Of a stretch of DNA of 64,000 bases, positions 61,756 to 64,000 are shown piece by piece; within the stretch, counting starts at the first letter, position 1; the number at the start of each line of letters is the position of its first letter. The stretch spans positions 37,313-101,312 of the forward strand of contig JAQUPP010000001.1 in the NCBI GenBank assembly GCA_028716665.1. Reading direction: 5' to 3'. This DNA is from Patescibacteria group bacterium. Lineage in GTDB: Bacteria; Patescibacteriota; Patescibacteriia; UBA2591; JAQUPP01. The translations under genes were made by a program, and so were the position numbers. The notes below the pieces were generated by a model. The model was given only the letters and a program-made list of their open reading frames with translations. It ran no database searches and was not told where the DNA came from.

Positions 61756-62433
61756 CTATTTTGTTTCTTTACAGCAGATGGTTGTTGTGCCTGAACATTT
61801 ACCTGCACTGCATTTAAAACCTTCCACTTTATTGTCTTTATAATCATTATATCTGGATCCCGCTTCAATACATGAACCATCGTCAACTTGATCAACCTGA
61901 CATTTTTCTTGCGATAAATAACTTTCCGTGTGGAGGGCCTGCATTAATGCTTGGACTATAACATAGGCGCTTAGAACTATAACCATTCCAACAACCGCTC
62001 CCATAATAATAGCCTTGCCTTTTTTAACTTTTTCTTCAGAACCGGCAGAGGTCATCCATGATATTCCGCCAAAAATAAACAGAACCAAAGCAATCACTCC
62101 TAAATATTTTAAAATTATATTGGCAAGATTTAAATACAACCTTTCGAAATCATTAACCGTACAATCGCCGCAACAAGCGCAAATCGGTTGATTAATTAAT
62201 CCACCCACATGACAATTCGTTACATTATTGGTTCCCTGACAGAAACAATCACATTTTTTCCCTTCGTCTTCGACGCCACAAGTACAACTGGAAATTATAT
62301 TTTGAGTTTTTAATACACCGTTTTCAGTAATATTTTTTGTGCCGATAATTCTTTCGTATTTTTGAGCATTAGCAAAGCTGCCGATTGAAATTAAAAAAAT
62401 GGCGATAAAAATTATAAAAATTATTTTTTTCAT
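61756..62433 (-). CDS. pilin-like paralog 1 with extra N- and C-terminal Cys-rich modules
   Basis: Core ...IFGGISWMTSAGSEEKVKKGKAIIMG... flanked by CTCGVEDEGKKCDCFCQG...CACCGDC and a C-terminal KCQVD...CSAGKCSGTTTICC. Confidence 0.45.
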   Translation of the reverse strand: MKKIIFIIFIAIFLISIGSFANAQKYERIIGTKNITENGVLKTQNIISSCTCGVEDEGKKCDCFCQGTNNVTNCHVGGLINQPICACCGDCTVNDFERLYLNLANIILKYLGVIALVLFIFGGISWMTSAGSEEKVKKGKAIIMGAVVGMVIVLSAYVIVQALMQALHTESYLSQEKCQVDQVDDGSCIEAGSRYNDYKDNKVEGFKCSAGKCSGTTTICCKETK

Positions 62434-62677
62434 ACCAAAATTATTTTAAAATTTAAGTTTGAGCGGAGCGAAAACGCAAAATTTTTAACTATAATTTTGA
62501 GTACCCCCTCCTTTATCTCAACGACAAACTTTCAATAATCGTTAATGCAAAAGGCGAAGCCGCTCCGCTTATGGCGTATCTTAAAAAGGTAAACTTTCGA
62601 TGGAGTAAAGGAGGGGGTAAAGGTTTTCTAGTCAAATTTTATTCGTCCTCTGGACTCCAAAATTTGAAGAAAGCCCT

Positions 62678-64000
62678 TTATAAAGTTAAATTTACTTTTT
62701 GAACGCAATAATCAAGGGCTTGTTTAATTTCTTTTGTGCCGGTTAAAACATTTCTTACCATCTCCTTAAAAGATTCTTCCACTAAGGAATAATTTTTCCC
62801 TTGATACCAAGTTTGAGCCGTTAGCACGCCTTTGACAAACGGAGCTAAATCAAAATCTTCCAATTGAAATTGAATTAAAGAACGAATCGCGGTCGGATGC
62901 TTGGTTTTTTCCAAGAAAGTTTTATTATTCGCTTCTTCAGTGGCATATAAAAGAAACGCCCAAGATTCATCAGGGTGAGTATTTTTTTTGGAAATTGTTT
63001 CTATCGGATAACTGGCAAAATTAACCTCTTTTAATGATCCGGTAATTTGCGGGGCTTTAATAATATCAAAATTTAATTTTGGCGCTTTTTCTTTAATGGT
63101 CGGCAAGAAATCAGAATAGCCGAACAAGAAAGCTGTTTTTCCTTGAATAAAAGCGTCTAAAGAATTTGTCATTTTTTCATTCCAGCAATAAATTTCTTTG
63201 CCCGGTGTGGCAAAATCAGTATAAAATCTTAAAGCTTCTTCGCCCGGGAAATAACTTGCGTCATCAACCGCCGGACGATTAAAAGATGCTTGGCCGCTCT
63301 CGCTAATCATGGTTGTGCCATTTTGCAGCATTAAAAGAGATAAAATATCCGACAAATTGGCGACATTATCAATTCCGCCTAGAGCTGTTCCTGATTGCAC
63401 AAAATTACCATCTTTATCTTTGAATGTCAAAAGCCTGACGTCATCGGCAAATTCCTGCCAATTAGCCGGCGGATTAACAATACCGGCATTATTTAAAAGT
63501 TCTTTATTATAATAGAGAACTAAAATATCAAGGGATAAAGGCAAACCGTAAAGTTTATTATCAATAATCACATCCTTTGGCACCGTATCAACATATTTTT
63601 CTTGCAGTTCTCTTAAAACAGGGGTTTTCTTTTTTTCTTCAACCACTTTTGTTTCTTTTTTGAAAGTTCCGGTGGTCACTTTTCTGGCCAAGGACAATTC
63701 ATCAGGAATATTCAACGGTGAAATCTTGGTTTGATATTTTCTTAGCCAAGTATTGGGAATGGAAAAAATATCCGGCCCCTTATCTTCCGCCCAAGCTTCA
63801 AGTAATGTTTGCTCATATTCTTCCGGTCTGATTAATCTGTAAGTAATGGAAACATGAGGATATTTCGCGTGAAATCCATTGATAATACTGTCAAAAGCGC
63901 CTTGATCATCAGTTGTTCGCCAATAAACTAAATTAATCGGCTGAATTTTTTCTGCCAATTTTTTAGGAGTACCCGCGCAACCAAAACCGGTGGTTATCAA
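62678..64000 (-). CDS. ABC transporter extracellular solute-binding protein (family 1, sugar type), N-terminus outside window
   Basis: SBP_bac_1-like sequence, with a lipobox-like GFGCAG near the window edge. Confidence 0.7.
   Translation of the reverse strand: MITTGFGCAGTPKKLAEKIQPINLVYWRTTDDQGAFDSIINGFHAKYPHVSITYRLIRPEEYEQTLLEAWAEDKGPDIFSIPNTWLRKYQTKISPLNIPDELSLARKVTTGTFKKETKVVEEKKKTPVLRELQEKYVDTVPKDVIIDNKLYGLPLSLDILVLYYNKELLNNAGIVNPPANWQEFADDVRLLTFKDKDGNFVQSGTALGGIDNVANLSDILSLLMLQNGTTMISESGQASFNRPAVDDASYFPGEEALRFYTDFATPGKEIYCWNEKMTNSLDAFIQGKTAFLFGYSDFLPTIKEKAPKLNFDIIKAPQITGSLKEVNFASYPIETISKKNTHPDESWAFLLYATEEANNKTFLEKTKHPTAIRSLIQFQLEDFDLAPFVKGVLTAQTWYQGKNYSLVEESFKEMVRNVLTGTKEIKQALDYCVQKVNLTL

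Overview
This is an AT-rich, gene-dense bacterial chromosomal window that looks like a reduced-genome Patescibacteria/CPR-type organism. Most native genes have little or no Shine-Dalgarno, several tRNAs encode CCA, and the 16S gene is not linked to a 23S gene.

The backbone is mostly translation and housekeeping:
- smpB (3' end) followed by ssrA/tmRNA, then infC-rpmI-rplT, tRNA-Asp, thyX, mreB, glyQS, guaB, rplS, gmk and an RluA-family pseudouridine synthase.
- A CCA-adding enzyme, a purA/purC/hisG/hisA-hisIE block, a 16S rRNA, trmD, a KH protein, rpsP, murA, infB, gyrA, ruvC and yebC.
- A glycogen cluster (GH57 plus glgA) and a mannose-type glycosylation cluster (PGI/PMI, three GT-C-like membrane proteins and a DPM1-like GT2).
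- Eight tRNA genes.

Accessory or unusual content:
1. A three-copy structured repeat whose 3' arm ends exactly at the ATG of the downstream gene. It pairs the start codon into a stem of roughly 25-28 bp (bulges and G.U pairs tolerated) at thyX, an AI-2E-like permease and an RmlD-like gene.
2. A strong-Shine-Dalgarno island of about 3.4 kb at 15.8-19.2 kb. It encodes a 672-aa protein with two winged-helix-like segments and two calcineurin-like phosphoesterase domains (the first degenerate), a small nucleoside-deoxyribosyltransferase-like protein and a membrane protein. Its 5' leader cassette is shared with a Cys-rich orphan gene at 10.1 kb.
3. Four tandem secreted two-helix VirB2/TrbC-pilin-like paralogs at 60.3-62.4 kb, preceded by an interleaved-helix leader RNA.
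4. A YhbQ-type GIY-YIG gene wedged between tRNA-Leu and a duplicated 5' tRNA fragment that carries a perfect 20-nt palindrome. A similar 5'-fragment duplication with a hairpin insert sits next to tRNA-Phe.
5. A perfect 153-bp tandem duplication inside a subtilase/FG-GAP protein.
6. A variant anti-SD at the 16S 3' end.
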